64,000 nucleotides of DNA from a bacterium (GCA_046331705.1 JAXLQJ010000010.1:62001-126000); one strand, 5' to 3'. Shown: positions 41,460-52,341, counted from the stretch's first letter. Notes: generated by a model from the letters alone, not told the origin. Numbers and translations: made by a program.

Positions 41460-42087
41460 GAGTGTGCAGCGCAGCGACGAGCGGGCGATGGAGCGCAAGG
41501 AAGCTCGGCGCCAGCAGATTCTCGATGGGGCGCTGGCGGTGTTCGCCGAGAAGGGCTACCACGCGACCGGCATCCAAGACATCGCTCAGCGTCTCGAGCT
41601 CGGTCACGGAACCTTCTACCGGTACTTCAAGAACAAGCTCGACATCTTCCAGTCGCTCTTGGACCAGATGATCGAGAAGATCCGTGCGGTGCTCGCCACC
41701 GAGGACCCGACCGCTCCCAATGACATCGAGGAATATCGGGCGCAGACCTTTCGGCTGGCAGCGGCGCTCGCCCAGGCTTTGCTGGTGAATCGCGATCTCA
41801 CACGGATATTCCTGCGCGAAGCGGTGGGGCTCAACGACGAGGTCGATGCCCAGGTCGACCGCGCGATGGAGCTGCTGGCGACCTTCACCAGCGCCTTCAT
41901 CCGCAACGGCGTCGAGAAGGGTTTCCTGCGCAAGGTGGACGTGGGCACCACGGCGCGGTGCGTGAACGGCATGATCTTCGAGGCCGCGCGCGAAGCGTTG
42001 AAGCGTCCCGAGTCCACGAATCTCGGCCTGTGGGCGCAGACGATCACCACGCTGATGTTCGACGGGCTCAAGAAGCCCGGCGCGTGA
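41449..42087 (+). CDS. TetR/AcrR family transcriptional regulator
   Basis: RRQQILDGALAVFAEKGYHATGIQDIA...GTFYRYFKNK; start could be 41449, 41458 or 41488. Confidence 0.93.
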   Translation: MSVMSVQRSDERAMERKEARRQQILDGALAVFAEKGYHATGIQDIAQRLELGHGTFYRYFKNKLDIFQSLLDQMIEKIRAVLATEDPTAPNDIEEYRAQTFRLAAALAQALLVNRDLTRIFLREAVGLNDEVDAQVDRAMELLATFTSAFIRNGVEKGFLRKVDVGTTARCVNGMIFEAAREALKRPESTNLGLWAQTITTLMFDGLKKPGA

Positions 42088-42120
42088 GCCGAGCGTAGCC
42101 GCGAGCGAGCCAGGGGCACC

Positions 42121-43686
42121 ATGTCTCACGAAACGGAACGACGTGTCATTCCTAGCTTCACGGCGCACACGCCGATCCTCTGGACGCATACCGACCGAGA
42201 CACCCCCGTGGCGGTCGTCACCCACGAGGACAAGTTCCGCGCGCTCGACGAGGCGATCGAGCGCTCGGGCTTCCTCGCGTTCCTCGATGCGCGCTGCCGT
42301 GGCCTCGCGTCCGGCGCGCCGTGCTCACGCGGCGAGCTTCGAATCGCGATCAAGCCCAACCTCATGATGTTCGTGCGCCGCGACGAGCCGGACGTCATCA
42401 CCGACCCCGCGCTCGTCGAGCACCTCGTGGGTTGGCTCGAGGTGAACGGATTCACCTGCGTCGATCTGGTCGAGAGCCAGAACGTCTACTCGAACTGGTA
42501 CGAAGGCCGCACCGTCGCGCGCGTCGCCGAGATCGCGGGCTACCTGCGGCCGTTCGTGGATCTCACCAGCGCGGGCAGTCGCGAGCAGGTGTCGACGTTC
42601 ATGGGGCGTCAGCGGATCTCGCGAGCGCTCGATGCCTACGACGTGATGGTGAGCTTCGCCAAGCAGAAGACCCATCCGGTGTCGCTGGTGACGCTCGGCC
42701 TCAAGAACCTGTTCGGTCTCACCTTCGAGCCCAACAAGTTTCTTCACTACCACGGTGCGTGGTTGAGCTCGTGGTCCCACGCGCTGCTCTCCCTCATCAC
42801 CGATCCGTCGCTTCCGTACGTTCGCCAGGGCGGGCTCTTCTGCTTCCTGGACGCGACCACCACCTGCGACGGGTTCGCCGGCTTCAAGTCGCGACGCTGG
42901 AGGATCGAGAACCCGTTCCGCCTTCTCGATCGGCCTTCGTTGCTCGGGCTGCCGATGCCGTTCCCCGCGGCGATCGACCTGTCGCGGCTCGGCGCGGTTC
43001 ACGACACGTGCACGGTGATCGCCGGCCAGGATCTGCTGAAGGTCGAGCAAGTGGCGATGGCGAAGCTCGGCATCACCGAGCCCGCGCTGGTGCGTCTCAA
43101 CTTTCCGTTCGGACAGGTGAGTCGGCTGTTCGGCGCGCCGGCACTCGGCGACATCCGAATCTCGGCCAACGCGGAGGTGGCGAGCGATCCGCTGCGTCGC
43201 TACGACGCAGGCAGCCCCACGCGCATCGCCACCCCTGGTTATCGCGAGAACCTCGGTGTCGAGTGGCCCGAGCGCCTGCTTCCGTGGGGCGCGCGCTGGG
43301 TCGAGAAGCTCTACACGCCGCTCAACCTGGCGTGCAGCACCAGCCCGGCCGATCCCGCGCTCTTCCCCAAGATCCCGATCTTTCGGCAGCGCACGCTCCG
43401 AGTCGGTGCGCGGGTCGTCGCGATCGTCGCGTGGCCCGGGCCGCTGCTCACGCGCTCGCTCCGCGAGTCGCTGTGGCTTTGGCGCCGGAACCTCGCGCGA
43501 CTCGTCGAGCGCATCCATTGGTGGAACGTGCGCGTGCACCTGGGGGTCGGCCGTCGCGTCGGTGAGCGCGAACGCCGTGCAGCCGCCGACGACACGATGG
43601 CGCGCGGGTCGCTGGAACGCGATCCGGTCGAGGGCACGGGGCGGACGGCCTCGGCTCCGCCGCCGCGGGAAATCGCGAGAGCTTGA
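42121..43686 (+). CDS. DUF362 domain protein with long C-terminal extension
   Basis: IKPNL, TDPALV, KTH..VTLGLKNLFG. Confidence 0.75.
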   Translation: MSHETERRVIPSFTAHTPILWTHTDRDTPVAVVTHEDKFRALDEAIERSGFLAFLDARCRGLASGAPCSRGELRIAIKPNLMMFVRRDEPDVITDPALVEHLVGWLEVNGFTCVDLVESQNVYSNWYEGRTVARVAEIAGYLRPFVDLTSAGSREQVSTFMGRQRISRALDAYDVMVSFAKQKTHPVSLVTLGLKNLFGLTFEPNKFLHYHGAWLSSWSHALLSLITDPSLPYVRQGGLFCFLDATTTCDGFAGFKSRRWRIENPFRLLDRPSLLGLPMPFPAAIDLSRLGAVHDTCTVIAGQDLLKVEQVAMAKLGITEPALVRLNFPFGQVSRLFGAPALGDIRISANAEVASDPLRRYDAGSPTRIATPGYRENLGVEWPERLLPWGARWVEKLYTPLNLACSTSPADPALFPKIPIFRQRTLRVGARVVAIVAWPGPLLTRSLRESLWLWRRNLARLVERIHWWNVRVHLGVGRRVGERERRAAADDTMARGSLERDPVEGTGRTASAPPPREIARA

Positions 43687-43731
43687 GCAACCACTCGTCG
43701 TCGCGACGACGACCACAGAGGAGGATCCGCC

Positions 43732-44331
43732 ATGGTGCAAGTCGACGTGTTCTGGACGTTCGCGATCGGATCGAGCTTCGCCGCCGCCGCCGCCAAGCCG
43801 TTGGCGCGCACCGAACGACCCCTCGAAAGCCGCTACTTCACGTACACGCTGCTCTTCCTGAGCGTGCTCTTCGCGCCCTCGGGTGTGTACTTGCTGTGGG
43901 CGTTCCCAGGCTGGGAAACGATGTTCATGCTCGACCGCGACGTCCACGCGCTGGTGCCGTGCTTGTTCGCGTCCACCAACATCGTGTTCGGAGTGCTCGG
44001 CTTTCTGTGGGCCTGGCGCTGGATCCGCGCGGGGCGGGCTCGCGACGTCCACAAGCTCTGGCTCGCGGGCTACGCCGGGATGCTCTCGATCCTCGGCCTG
44101 GGCTTCCGGCGCTTCCTCTACGCAGGCACGTCCGCTGAGTGGAAGGCTGGTCTCGAGTACCCGTTGAGTGCGTTCTTCTCGTCGCCGGTCTTCTTCACGT
44201 TGTTGGCGATGGCCGTGGTGCTGTTGCCGGCGATGCTCTACCCGTACCTCGTGTGGCCCCGGGAAGCGCGCGCCGCCGAGCCCGAGAGCGTCGCTCACGG
44301 TGGCCTCGCCGCCGCCGGGCGCGCGCGATGA
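43732..44331 (+). CDS. Conserved-looking hypothetical integral membrane protein
   Basis: SD gagga; about 5 hydrophobic helices; MVQVDVFW, FAPSG.YLLWAFPGWETM; ATGA overlap with next gene. Confidence 0.75.
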   Translation: MVQVDVFWTFAIGSSFAAAAAKPLARTERPLESRYFTYTLLFLSVLFAPSGVYLLWAFPGWETMFMLDRDVHALVPCLFASTNIVFGVLGFLWAWRWIRAGRARDVHKLWLAGYAGMLSILGLGFRRFLYAGTSAEWKAGLEYPLSAFFSSPVFFTLLAMAVVLLPAMLYPYLVWPREARAAEPESVAHGGLAAAGRAR

Positions 44332-45566
44332 GCCAGCTCTTCACCGCCGTTCGGATCGGCTCGCTCACGCTGCCGAACCGGATCGCCAAGACGGCGACGT
44401 CGGAGACGATGGCGACGGTCGATGGCACCCTGACCGACGCCTACCTCGGCTTCTACGAGCGCGTCGCGGCCGGTGGAGTCGGGCTCGTCGTCACCGGCAA
44501 TCTCTTCGCCGAGCCCCCCGGCCAGTCGACACCGCTGCAGGCCGGCATCGAGAGCGACGCGCGCATTCCCGCGTGGCGCGAGCTGACGGATGCGATCCAT
44601 CGTCATGGCGCCCGGGCGTTCGCGCAGATCAACCACGGCGGGCGGCAGGTTTTCCCGCGGGCGATCGGCCGCCGCGAGGCCGTGAGCGCCTCGGACGTGC
44701 GCGAGAAGCTGATGTGGACCCGGCCGCGACCCATGAGCGAGACGGAGATCGAGGCCTCGATCGCCGCGTTCGCCGAAGCGGCGCGACGCGCCCGGGCCGC
44801 TGGCTTCGACGGTGTCCAGATCCACTCCGGTCACGGCTACCTGGTGAGTCAGTTCCTGTCGCCCTACACCAACCGCCGTCGCGACGGCTGGGGTGGTGGC
44901 CTCGACGCCCGGCTCCGCTTCTTGCGCGAGGTGTATCGGCGCACGCGCGAGCGTGTGGGCGCCGATTTCCCGATCATCCTCAAGCACAACGCCGAGGATC
45001 GATTGCCTGGCCGGCGCGGGCTCACCCTCGAGGAGTCGCTGGATGCTGCGCGGGCCCTCGAACGGGAGGGCCTCGACGGCATCGAGGTCACGTGCGGCAT
45101 GTACGAGTCGGGCATTCCGATGTTGCGCGGTCGCGTTCCGATCCGAGCGCTCTTGCGTCACGGTCTCGGCCGCCATCTGCCGTGGTGGTCGCGCCTCGGC
45201 GCGCGGCTCCTGGAGCCGTTGCTCCGCGATCGTTTTCCGTGCGTCGAAGGCTTTCAACGTTCCTACGCGAACGCTTTCAAGCGACACCTCGCGATCCCGG
45301 TGCTGTGCGTCGGCGGGTTTCAGACCGGCGCCGCGATGGACGCCGCCCTCGCCGCCGGCGACTGCGACGTGGTGAGCTTGGGGCGGGCGCTGATCGCCGA
45401 TCCCGAGCTGCCGGCGAAGCTGCGCGACGGGCGCCCGATCGTCGAGTGCAATCGCTGCAACGAATGCATCGCCCGCGCCGGCGCGTGGCCGGTGGCGTGC
45501 TACCGCGACGGCGTCGTGCCGGAGGGCGTGGCGCCGGTTGCGAACCCGGCCGCCCGCGCCACATGA
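44328..45566 (+). CDS. NADH:flavin oxidoreductase (Old Yellow Enzyme family)
   Basis: LPNRI, QINHGGRQ, AGFDGVQIHSGHGYLVSQFLSP.TNRR.D.WGG, GRALIADP, CNRCNEC. Confidence 0.92.
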   Translation: MSQLFTAVRIGSLTLPNRIAKTATSETMATVDGTLTDAYLGFYERVAAGGVGLVVTGNLFAEPPGQSTPLQAGIESDARIPAWRELTDAIHRHGARAFAQINHGGRQVFPRAIGRREAVSASDVREKLMWTRPRPMSETEIEASIAAFAEAARRARAAGFDGVQIHSGHGYLVSQFLSPYTNRRRDGWGGGLDARLRFLREVYRRTRERVGADFPIILKHNAEDRLPGRRGLTLEESLDAARALEREGLDGIEVTCGMYESGIPMLRGRVPIRALLRHGLGRHLPWWSRLGARLLEPLLRDRFPCVEGFQRSYANAFKRHLAIPVLCVGGFQTGAAMDAALAAGDCDVVSLGRALIADPELPAKLRDGRPIVECNRCNECIARAGAWPVACYRDGVVPEGVAPVANPAARAT

Positions 45567-48553
45567 CGACGACGCGGATGTCCGTGCGCCGAATCCACGG
45601 GAGGACCGGGCTCCGTCGCGCGCGCGTCGTCCTGCCCGCGCTCGCGCTGCTCGCCGCCGCCGCGCTCGCGGGCGGTTGTGATCGATCCTCGTCGCCAACC
45701 CGCGCCGGCGTGTGCGACCCGACCGCGGATGCGTGCGCGCGCCGGATCGACACCGACGCGGACGCGATCGGCGGTGGTCGCGCCACCGGCCAGCCGGGGG
45801 ACACCGTCCTCGAGAACGCACGCTCGCGCTTCGTGATCCAGCGACCCCTTCGCGCCATCGCACCCGCGTCGCAATTCGGCGGCAACGTCATCGACGCGGA
45901 CGTGCGCCGCGCTGCCGGCGAGCCCGGGCGCGACGCCTTCGGCGAGCTCGCCGTGCTCGCCAATCTGGCGGGCACGATGGCCACCGAGTCCGTCGAGGTC
46001 GTCTCGGCTGGCGGTGCCGGCGCCACCGCCGAGGTCGTCGCGCGCGGCGGCTACGCGCTCAACGGCTATCTGATCCTCGCGAAGGGCATCGAGACGTTGA
46101 TTGGCTTCGATCTCTTCGCGCTGACGGGAGCCGATCTCGACCAGCCGTGGCCGCTCGGCTTCGCGATCCACTATCGGCTCGAGCCGAACGCGAGCGCGCT
46201 GCGCATCGACGTCACCGTGACGAATCTCGGCGCCGCCCAGGCGCCGTTGGCGCTCTTCTGGCTCGCGCAGTCGGGCCTCACTCAGCTCTTCGTTCCGACC
46301 GGCGCGGCCTTCGATCCCGGCGCGGTCGCGCTCGCCGATGCCATGTACTTCGAGTCGAACGATCCAACCGTGGACGTGGCCTATGGAGTCGTGCCCGAGC
46401 AGCCCGATCCGTCTCGGCCGATGGCCAGCTTGCTCGGCGTGAACGGTCTCACCGCTCGTGGCACGCCGTCCCAGCTCTTGCTCTTCCCCAAGCGTGCGCC
46501 GGATCACGTCCCGCCCGGTGGCTCGGTCACCCTCGGCGGCTGGTTGGTCGTGGGGCATTCCATGGACGCGGTCCTCGCGGAGGCCCGTCGGCTGCGCGGC
46601 GCGCGCGACTGCGTCGCCGTCGCGGGGCGCGTCGTCGAGGAGGGCACCGGCCTCGCGATCCCGGGCGCGAAGGTGACGGCACTCGCCGGAACCGACGCCG
46701 CGAGCGGCGCCGCGCTGAGCAACGCGCGCACGAGCGCCGACGGCAATTTCTCCCTTTGTTTGCCACCCGGCCCGGTGACGCTGATCGCCGGGCAGCCGGG
46801 GCGCCCGTACGCCGGAGGCGGCCGCCGCCCCGAACCGCTCGCGCTCACGATTCCCGAGCGAGGCGCGGCCGCGCTCACACCGACCATCGTGCTTCCACGC
46901 ACGGCGCGGCTCCGCGTCACGACGCTCGACGTTGCCGGAATGCCCCTTCCCGCGCGGCTCACCGTCCTCGGCGTCGATCCGAGCCCGCCGGACCCGCGTC
47001 TCGATGGCGACGGCTTCGATCCACTGGCGCCAGGCGTGCTGCGCATGGAGGACGCGCGCGACGGCGCGTTCGACGTGCTGGTCGAGCCCGGCGACGTCGA
47101 CGTGGTGGTGAGCCGCGGCGTCGAGTACGCGCTCTTTCGCGAGCCCGTGCACCTCGACGCCGGGGACGTGAAGGAGCGCACGGTGACGCTGCCGCGGGTG
47201 GTGGACACGCGCGGGTACCTCTCGGGTGATTTCCACGTGCACTCGAATCCAGGCCCCGATTCCACCGTGAGCTACGCCAAGCGTGTCGTGAACATGCTCG
47301 CCGAGGGAGTCGACGTGATCGTGTCGACCGATCACGACTTCTGGAGCGATTACGGCCCCACGATTCGAGCGCTCGGCGCGGAGGGCGAGGTGGCGTCGAT
47401 CGTCGGCCAAGAGATCACCACGTTCGCGACGGGCCATTTCGGCGCCTTTCCGTTCCAGCGCACCGGCGAGCCCAACGGCGGCGCCGTCGACTGGATCGGT
47501 CGCGATCCGGTCCAGATCGCCGACGCCGTCTTCGCGCGGAGCCCGAACGCGATCCTCCAGATCATGCACCCGCGCGCGATGCCCGCTCCCGGAAACGTTT
47601 CCAACTATTTCGTGTCGATCGATCTGCGCTTCGACGGCAGCGGTCCGATGCGTGGCCCGCTCGCGGTTCCGCCGTCGGAGGTGCGACTGCCCGACGATGC
47701 CCAATGGCTCACGCCCCGCTGGAACGCGATGGAGGTCGTCACGTTCTCGAACGTGCAAGGGCTCGCCGATTGGTCGAACTTGCTCAACGCCGGCTGGCGA
47801 CTCACCGCCACCGGCAACTCGGACACCCACACGCGCTGGGTCGAGGCGAGTGGTTATGCACGAAACCTGGTGCGCGTGGGCGAGGGCTTCGACGATCTCG
47901 CGCGCTTCGACGCCGGCCGCTTCGTCGCCGGTGTGCGTGCCGGCGCATCGAGCGTGGTGCTCGGTCCGTTCGTCGATCTCGAGGTGCGCAGCGCCGACGG
48001 ACGAAAGCTCGCTCGCACGGGCGAAACGCTCGATGCGTCGCGGACGGACACGGTCACCGCCGTGATCACCGTCCAGAGCCCCGCCTGGCTCGAATGCGAT
48101 CAGGTGACGCTGCTCGCAGGCGGACGTGCGCTGACGAGCGTGCGCGCCAAACCCACGCTCGTGGCCGTGGCGGGGTCGGAATCACCCCTCGCGTTTCGAA
48201 ACGAGACGCGCGTGGAAATCCCCGTGACGATCGACCAGGACACGTGGCTCGCCGCGCTGGTCACCGGGGACCAGAGCCTCTATCCGCTCTTGCCGTACAA
48301 CTGGCAGCCGGCGGATTCGATCTCGCTGGAGGCGATCCGCGCCAACGACCTGCCGGGAACGGTGCGACCGTTCTCGCTCACCAATGCGGTGTGGGTGGAT
48401 GCCAATGGCGACGGGCAGATCCTGCCTAGTCACGAAGTGGTGCCGCAGGATTGCCAGGCGTTTCCTCGGGTCGACCGCACGAAACCTTATGTCTCGGTGC
48501 CCGCGCGGAATTGTGCGTGCGTGCCGGAAGCTGGGCCCAGTTCTTGCTTTTGA
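45563..48553 (+). CDS. CehA/McbA-family (PHP-fold) metallohydrolase, lipoprotein
   Basis: LAGGC lipobox; carboxypeptidase-regulatory-like domain; GDFHVHS, STDHD, GQEIT, HFG, HP, GNSDTH. Confidence 0.82.
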   Translation: MTTTRMSVRRIHGRTGLRRARVVLPALALLAAAALAGGCDRSSSPTRAGVCDPTADACARRIDTDADAIGGGRATGQPGDTVLENARSRFVIQRPLRAIAPASQFGGNVIDADVRRAAGEPGRDAFGELAVLANLAGTMATESVEVVSAGGAGATAEVVARGGYALNGYLILAKGIETLIGFDLFALTGADLDQPWPLGFAIHYRLEPNASALRIDVTVTNLGAAQAPLALFWLAQSGLTQLFVPTGAAFDPGAVALADAMYFESNDPTVDVAYGVVPEQPDPSRPMASLLGVNGLTARGTPSQLLLFPKRAPDHVPPGGSVTLGGWLVVGHSMDAVLAEARRLRGARDCVAVAGRVVEEGTGLAIPGAKVTALAGTDAASGAALSNARTSADGNFSLCLPPGPVTLIAGQPGRPYAGGGRRPEPLALTIPERGAAALTPTIVLPRTARLRVTTLDVAGMPLPARLTVLGVDPSPPDPRLDGDGFDPLAPGVLRMEDARDGAFDVLVEPGDVDVVVSRGVEYALFREPVHLDAGDVKERTVTLPRVVDTRGYLSGDFHVHSNPGPDSTVSYAKRVVNMLAEGVDVIVSTDHDFWSDYGPTIRALGAEGEVASIVGQEITTFATGHFGAFPFQRTGEPNGGAVDWIGRDPVQIADAVFARSPNAILQIMHPRAMPAPGNVSNYFVSIDLRFDGSGPMRGPLAVPPSEVRLPDDAQWLTPRWNAMEVVTFSNVQGLADWSNLLNAGWRLTATGNSDTHTRWVEASGYARNLVRVGEGFDDLARFDAGRFVAGVRAGASSVVLGPFVDLEVRSADGRKLARTGETLDASRTDTVTAVITVQSPAWLECDQVTLLAGGRALTSVRAKPTLVAVAGSESPLAFRNETRVEIPVTIDQDTWLAALVTGDQSLYPLLPYNWQPADSISLEAIRANDLPGTVRPFSLTNAVWVDANGDGQILPSHEVVPQDCQAFPRVDRTKPYVSVPARNCACVPEAGPSSCF

Positions 48554-48616
48554 TGAGGCGAGGCGCCGAGGTTTCGCGTTACTCTTCGGCCCAGGCGCTG
48601 GGGAGTCGAATCGCGC

Positions 48617-49246
48617 ATGGACGTGTTGATCGCCGAGGATGATGCATCGCTTCGTCAGACCCTCGTGGATCTGATCGCGCGCTGGCAGTTTCGCCCGATC
48701 GCCACCGCCAACGGCGCCGAAGCGGCCCGAATCCTGGTTGGGCCCGAGGCGCCACCCATCGCGATTCTCGACTGGAACATGCCCGGCATGACCGGGCTCG
48801 AAGTCTGCCGACTGGTACGGAGCCGCGGCCTCGCGACCCCGCCGTTTTTGTTGGTGCTCACCGCGCGTCAAGGCCACGACGCCGTCATGCAAGGTTTCGC
48901 CGCTGGCGCGGATGATTACATCGTCAAACCGTTCGTCGCGGACGAGCTCAGGGCGCGCATCCACGTGGGTGTGCGCATGGTCGAGCTGCGTCAAGCGCTC
49001 GCCGGTCGGGTGCGCGAGCTCGAAGCGGCGCTCGCCAAGGTGCGCACGCTGCAAGGGCTGCTGCCGGTCTGCGCTTGGTGCCGCAAGATCCGAAGCGATG
49101 CGCACTACTGGGAGTCGTTCGAGGCCTACCTCGCCGAGCACACCGACGCCACCGTGACCCACGGCATCTGCCCCGATTGCCAGAAGCGGATGGAGGCGGA
49201 GGCCGTCGCGGACGCCCTGGCGGGCCCCGAACGCGCGCACGGCTGA
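48617..49246 (+). CDS. Response regulator (REC plus C-terminal Cys/His metal-binding tail)
   Basis: AEDD, LDWNMP, LTA, KPF; LPVCAWCRKIR...THGICPDC. Confidence 0.9.
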   Translation: MDVLIAEDDASLRQTLVDLIARWQFRPIATANGAEAARILVGPEAPPIAILDWNMPGMTGLEVCRLVRSRGLATPPFLLVLTARQGHDAVMQGFAAGADDYIVKPFVADELRARIHVGVRMVELRQALAGRVRELEAALAKVRTLQGLLPVCAWCRKIRSDAHYWESFEAYLAEHTDATVTHGICPDCQKRMEAEAVADALAGPERAHG

Positions 49247-49339
49247 TTCGGGCGCGGCGTCGCGGCGCGAGAGCGGATCGAGCGCGCTCGCCCGGCAGCA
49301 GTCGGATCGCGGTCTCGTGGCAGTCGCCGCGCTGTCGAT

Positions 49340-50865
49340 TCAGCTCGACAGCTCCCAGCGCGTGAAGGCGATCCAGGAGGAAGCGACGCTGAGCGCGAGC
49401 GTCGCCAGCGCCAGAGCCACGAGCCAGCTCGACGGCAGGAAGCAGGGCGCGCCCGCCGAGCCGAGCGATGCCGCGCTCGCCAGGATGGTCAGTGCCACCG
49501 CGCCCAGGGAGCCGAAGAGGGTCCCGACGAGGTTGAACGGCTCGTGACGAAGCCAATGCCAGAGTGAGCCTCGGCCTTCGGGAACCGTCGCGAGCGCGAG
49601 CGTGCCCAGGGCAAGGCCAGCCACGCCCGTGAGCCCACCGCGCGCAACCGTCACCCACGGATCCAGGGGCACGACCCGCGCGAGACCGATCGCGATCTCG
49701 AGCGCGGCGAGCCCGCCGATGAGGGCCAACTGCGCGAGCAGGAAGCTCGCGCCGTGGACGGCGAATCGTGGACCGTCCGACGGGCCGGGTGAAGACGAAC
49801 TCCCACATCGCCGTCGAGTGGCGTCGGGAGCGCGATGAATCGGCGTTCCCAAACACGGCGAGCGCGATGGCAATCGAAGCAGAGGGGACGCAGATCCAGG
49901 CCGCGACGAGTGGGCGCTGACGCGAGCTGCAGGTGAGCGCGAGAGCGATGATCAGCCCGAGAAGCAAAGGCGCGAGCGCCACGACCCATCGCGCGCCGCC
50001 CTCGATGAGCGCATGAGCCCACGCGCGCCAAGGCTGGCTCGCCGTCGCGTGTGACAGCCGGCGCGAACGGACGGCGCCCGCCGCGTCCCTTGGCCGTGGC
50101 GCCGGAGAGCGCGGCGTCTTGTTCCGGGTCGTCGGGTCGAGTTCGACCAGCTCGGACGTGATCGAGCGATGCGAGAGGACCGTCAGCAGCGCGAGAACCA
50201 CCGCCAGCGCCGCCCAGCGCAGCGGGGTGGTCGGAAGCGCCGCGCGGAACCGCGGTACGACGTCGACGAAGAACCATCGCGGCCGAAGCCAGTCGATGAG
50301 TCCTGTGGCCGCCACGCCGACCCAAGTCAGCCCGGTCGCCAGGTCTCGCCGCTGGGTGATGGTGCGCGTCAAGGCGCTGTAGCCCAGGCCGCCCGCCAGC
50401 AGGAGCGATGGCAGGATTGCCGCCGCGTCGACGCGCAGGTGACCATCGTCCCCCCACACGGGCGAGAACGGGTTCACCAGTGCACCGCATGCGGTGAGAG
50501 CCCAGACGGCGATCATCAACGACCAATCGGCGCGGTATCGAGCTCGAACGATCGCGTCGCGTGCGACGCCGTGACTGGGGAGGTATTCGCCGATGGCAGC
50601 GAGCGCCCCGTGCCGAAATCCCCACGAACGCGCGGCAATGTGAAGACTGCCGATGTATGCCCACAACAGCGCGGACGGCTTCGCTGCGACGAACGTGAAG
50701 GTGAGTCCGCCCAGCAAGACGATGAGTTGCGTCTTGGATCGACCGGGAACGAGTCGTGCCCACTCCCATCGCCACAGGGCTCGACGCACGTGGCGCTCGG
50801 GATCGATCACGCGCTCACCTCGAAGCGCCGCATGCACGGCCACTCGACGCGCCGGACGGTCTCAT
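49340..50865 (-). pseudogene. Multi-TM ABC permease-like protein, frameshifted near 49765 (possibly also near the start)
   Basis: Hydrophobic frame WEFVFTRPVGRSTI continues in another frame as FAVHGASFLLAQ; ATG 50865 overlaps the ATPase stop; may be sequencing error. Confidence 0.6.
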
Positions 50866-51756
50866 CCACGGCGCGCCTGCACGAAATCGATGAAGATCTC
50901 TTCGAGGCCGACGGGCTGCGCTTCGAGCTGCGCGGTGGGGAGGCGCTGCTGGATCGCGCTGAGCGTGCTGGCGTCGAAGTGGTCGACGGCGGCGGTCCAG
51001 CGGCGCGGGCCGTTGCGGCGCACCGACAGCACGCCCGGGATGTCGAGCTTCGGCACCTCGCGATCGAGTTCGATGTGGACGTGCCGCACCGATTCGTAGA
51101 GCGCGTCGATCGGGCGCTCGACCACCAGCGCGCCCGCCTCGATGATCCCCACGTGGGTGGCGATGCGCTCGACGTCCGAGAAGATGTGGGAAGCGAAGAG
51201 CAAGCGTGTGCGACTCGTCGGCCAGCAGCTCGAAGAGGATGTCGAGGAACTCGCGGCGGACCACCACGTCGAGCCCGCCGCCGGGCTCGTCGAGGATCAG
51301 CAGCTCGGGGCGGGGGCAGAGCGCCAGCAAGAGCCCGAGCCGTCGCTTCATTCCGGTGGAGAGTGTGGAGATCTTGGGATCGAGCGGTAGCTCGAGCCGT
51401 CTTACGAGGTGCGCCTCGTAGGCTCGATCCCATTTCGCGTAGAGCGCGGCCGTGAGCTCGATGAGCTGGCCCACGCGCATCCACGGATAGAGCTCGAGCG
51501 TTTCCGAGAAATAGCCGATCCGCTGCTTGATCGCCGTGGGCGCCGTCCACGGATCGTGGTCGAAGACCCGGGCCGTCCCTGCGCTCGGTCGAATGAGCCC
51601 CATGAGCACGCGGATGGCCGTGGATTTCCCGGCGCCGTTGCGGCCGAGGAGCGCGTAGACCGTGCCGGGTGCGACCGTGAGATTCAGGTCCCGCAACGCC
51701 TCGACGTGGCCGAACGAACGGCACAACCCGACCGTCTCCACCACCTGAGCGCTCAT
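50862..51756 (-). pseudogene. ABC transporter ATP-binding protein (YtrB-like), one frameshift near 51204
   Basis: GRNGAGKST, LSTGM, LILDEP, then the H-loop LFASH in a different frame; likely sequencing indel. Confidence 0.82.
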
Positions 51757-52160
51757 CGGCTGCCTCCTCGAGCCCGCTCGCGAGCGAACCGGGCGAACGC
51801 CGTCGCGACGGCGGATTGCGTGGCGTCGAGATCGAAGCCCAAGTGGTACGCCTCGACGGCGAGAAGCTCCGCGGCTTCCGCGAGCATCTCGCGGCGGGCG
51901 CGCGCGTCGTGCTCGGGCAGTGCGTCTGCGACGAACGTCCCCGTACCGCGTCTCGTGACGACCACGCCCATGTGCTCGAGCTCGCCGTAGGCCTTCACCA
52001 CCGTGAGCGGGTTCACGCCGAGCTGCTGGGACAGCTCGCGCACCGATGGAATCGGGTCGCCGGGCGCGAGCCGGCCGGTCGCGATCGCCGCTCGCACCTG
52101 GCGGACGATCTGGCGGTAGATGGGCAGGCCGCTGAGTGGTTGGAGTCGGACGACGAGCAT
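51753..52160 (-). CDS. GntR family regulator, YtrA subfamily
   Basis: PIYRQI...PGDPIPSVRELS..LGVNPLTVVKAYGELE..G..RRGTGTFV; precedes ABC genes. Confidence 0.92.
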   Translation of the reverse strand: MLVVRLQPLSGLPIYRQIVRQVRAAIATGRLAPGDPIPSVRELSQQLGVNPLTVVKAYGELEHMGVVVTRRGTGTFVADALPEHDARARREMLAEAAELLAVEAYHLGFDLDATQSAVATAFARFARERARGGSR

Positions 52161-52171
52161 GGGATCGATAT

Positions 52172-52195
52172 GGTGTTCTAGATGACTAATACACC
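52172..52195. promoter_or_regulatory. YtrA-type operator palindrome
   Basis: GGTGTTCTA-gatgac-TAATACACC just upstream of the GntR start. Confidence 0.7.
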
Positions 52196-52341
52196 TCGTG
52201 TGCGCCTCCGTTCAAGGTCCACGCGCGTCGCGGTGGAGCGGCGGCGGGGTAGTCAGCCAGTCAGGCAATTGCCCGCGACGTGGCAGCGCGAGCACGCCGC
52301 GCCATGATGGGCGAACGTCAGGCCGACCGTGGGAGGTGCCG

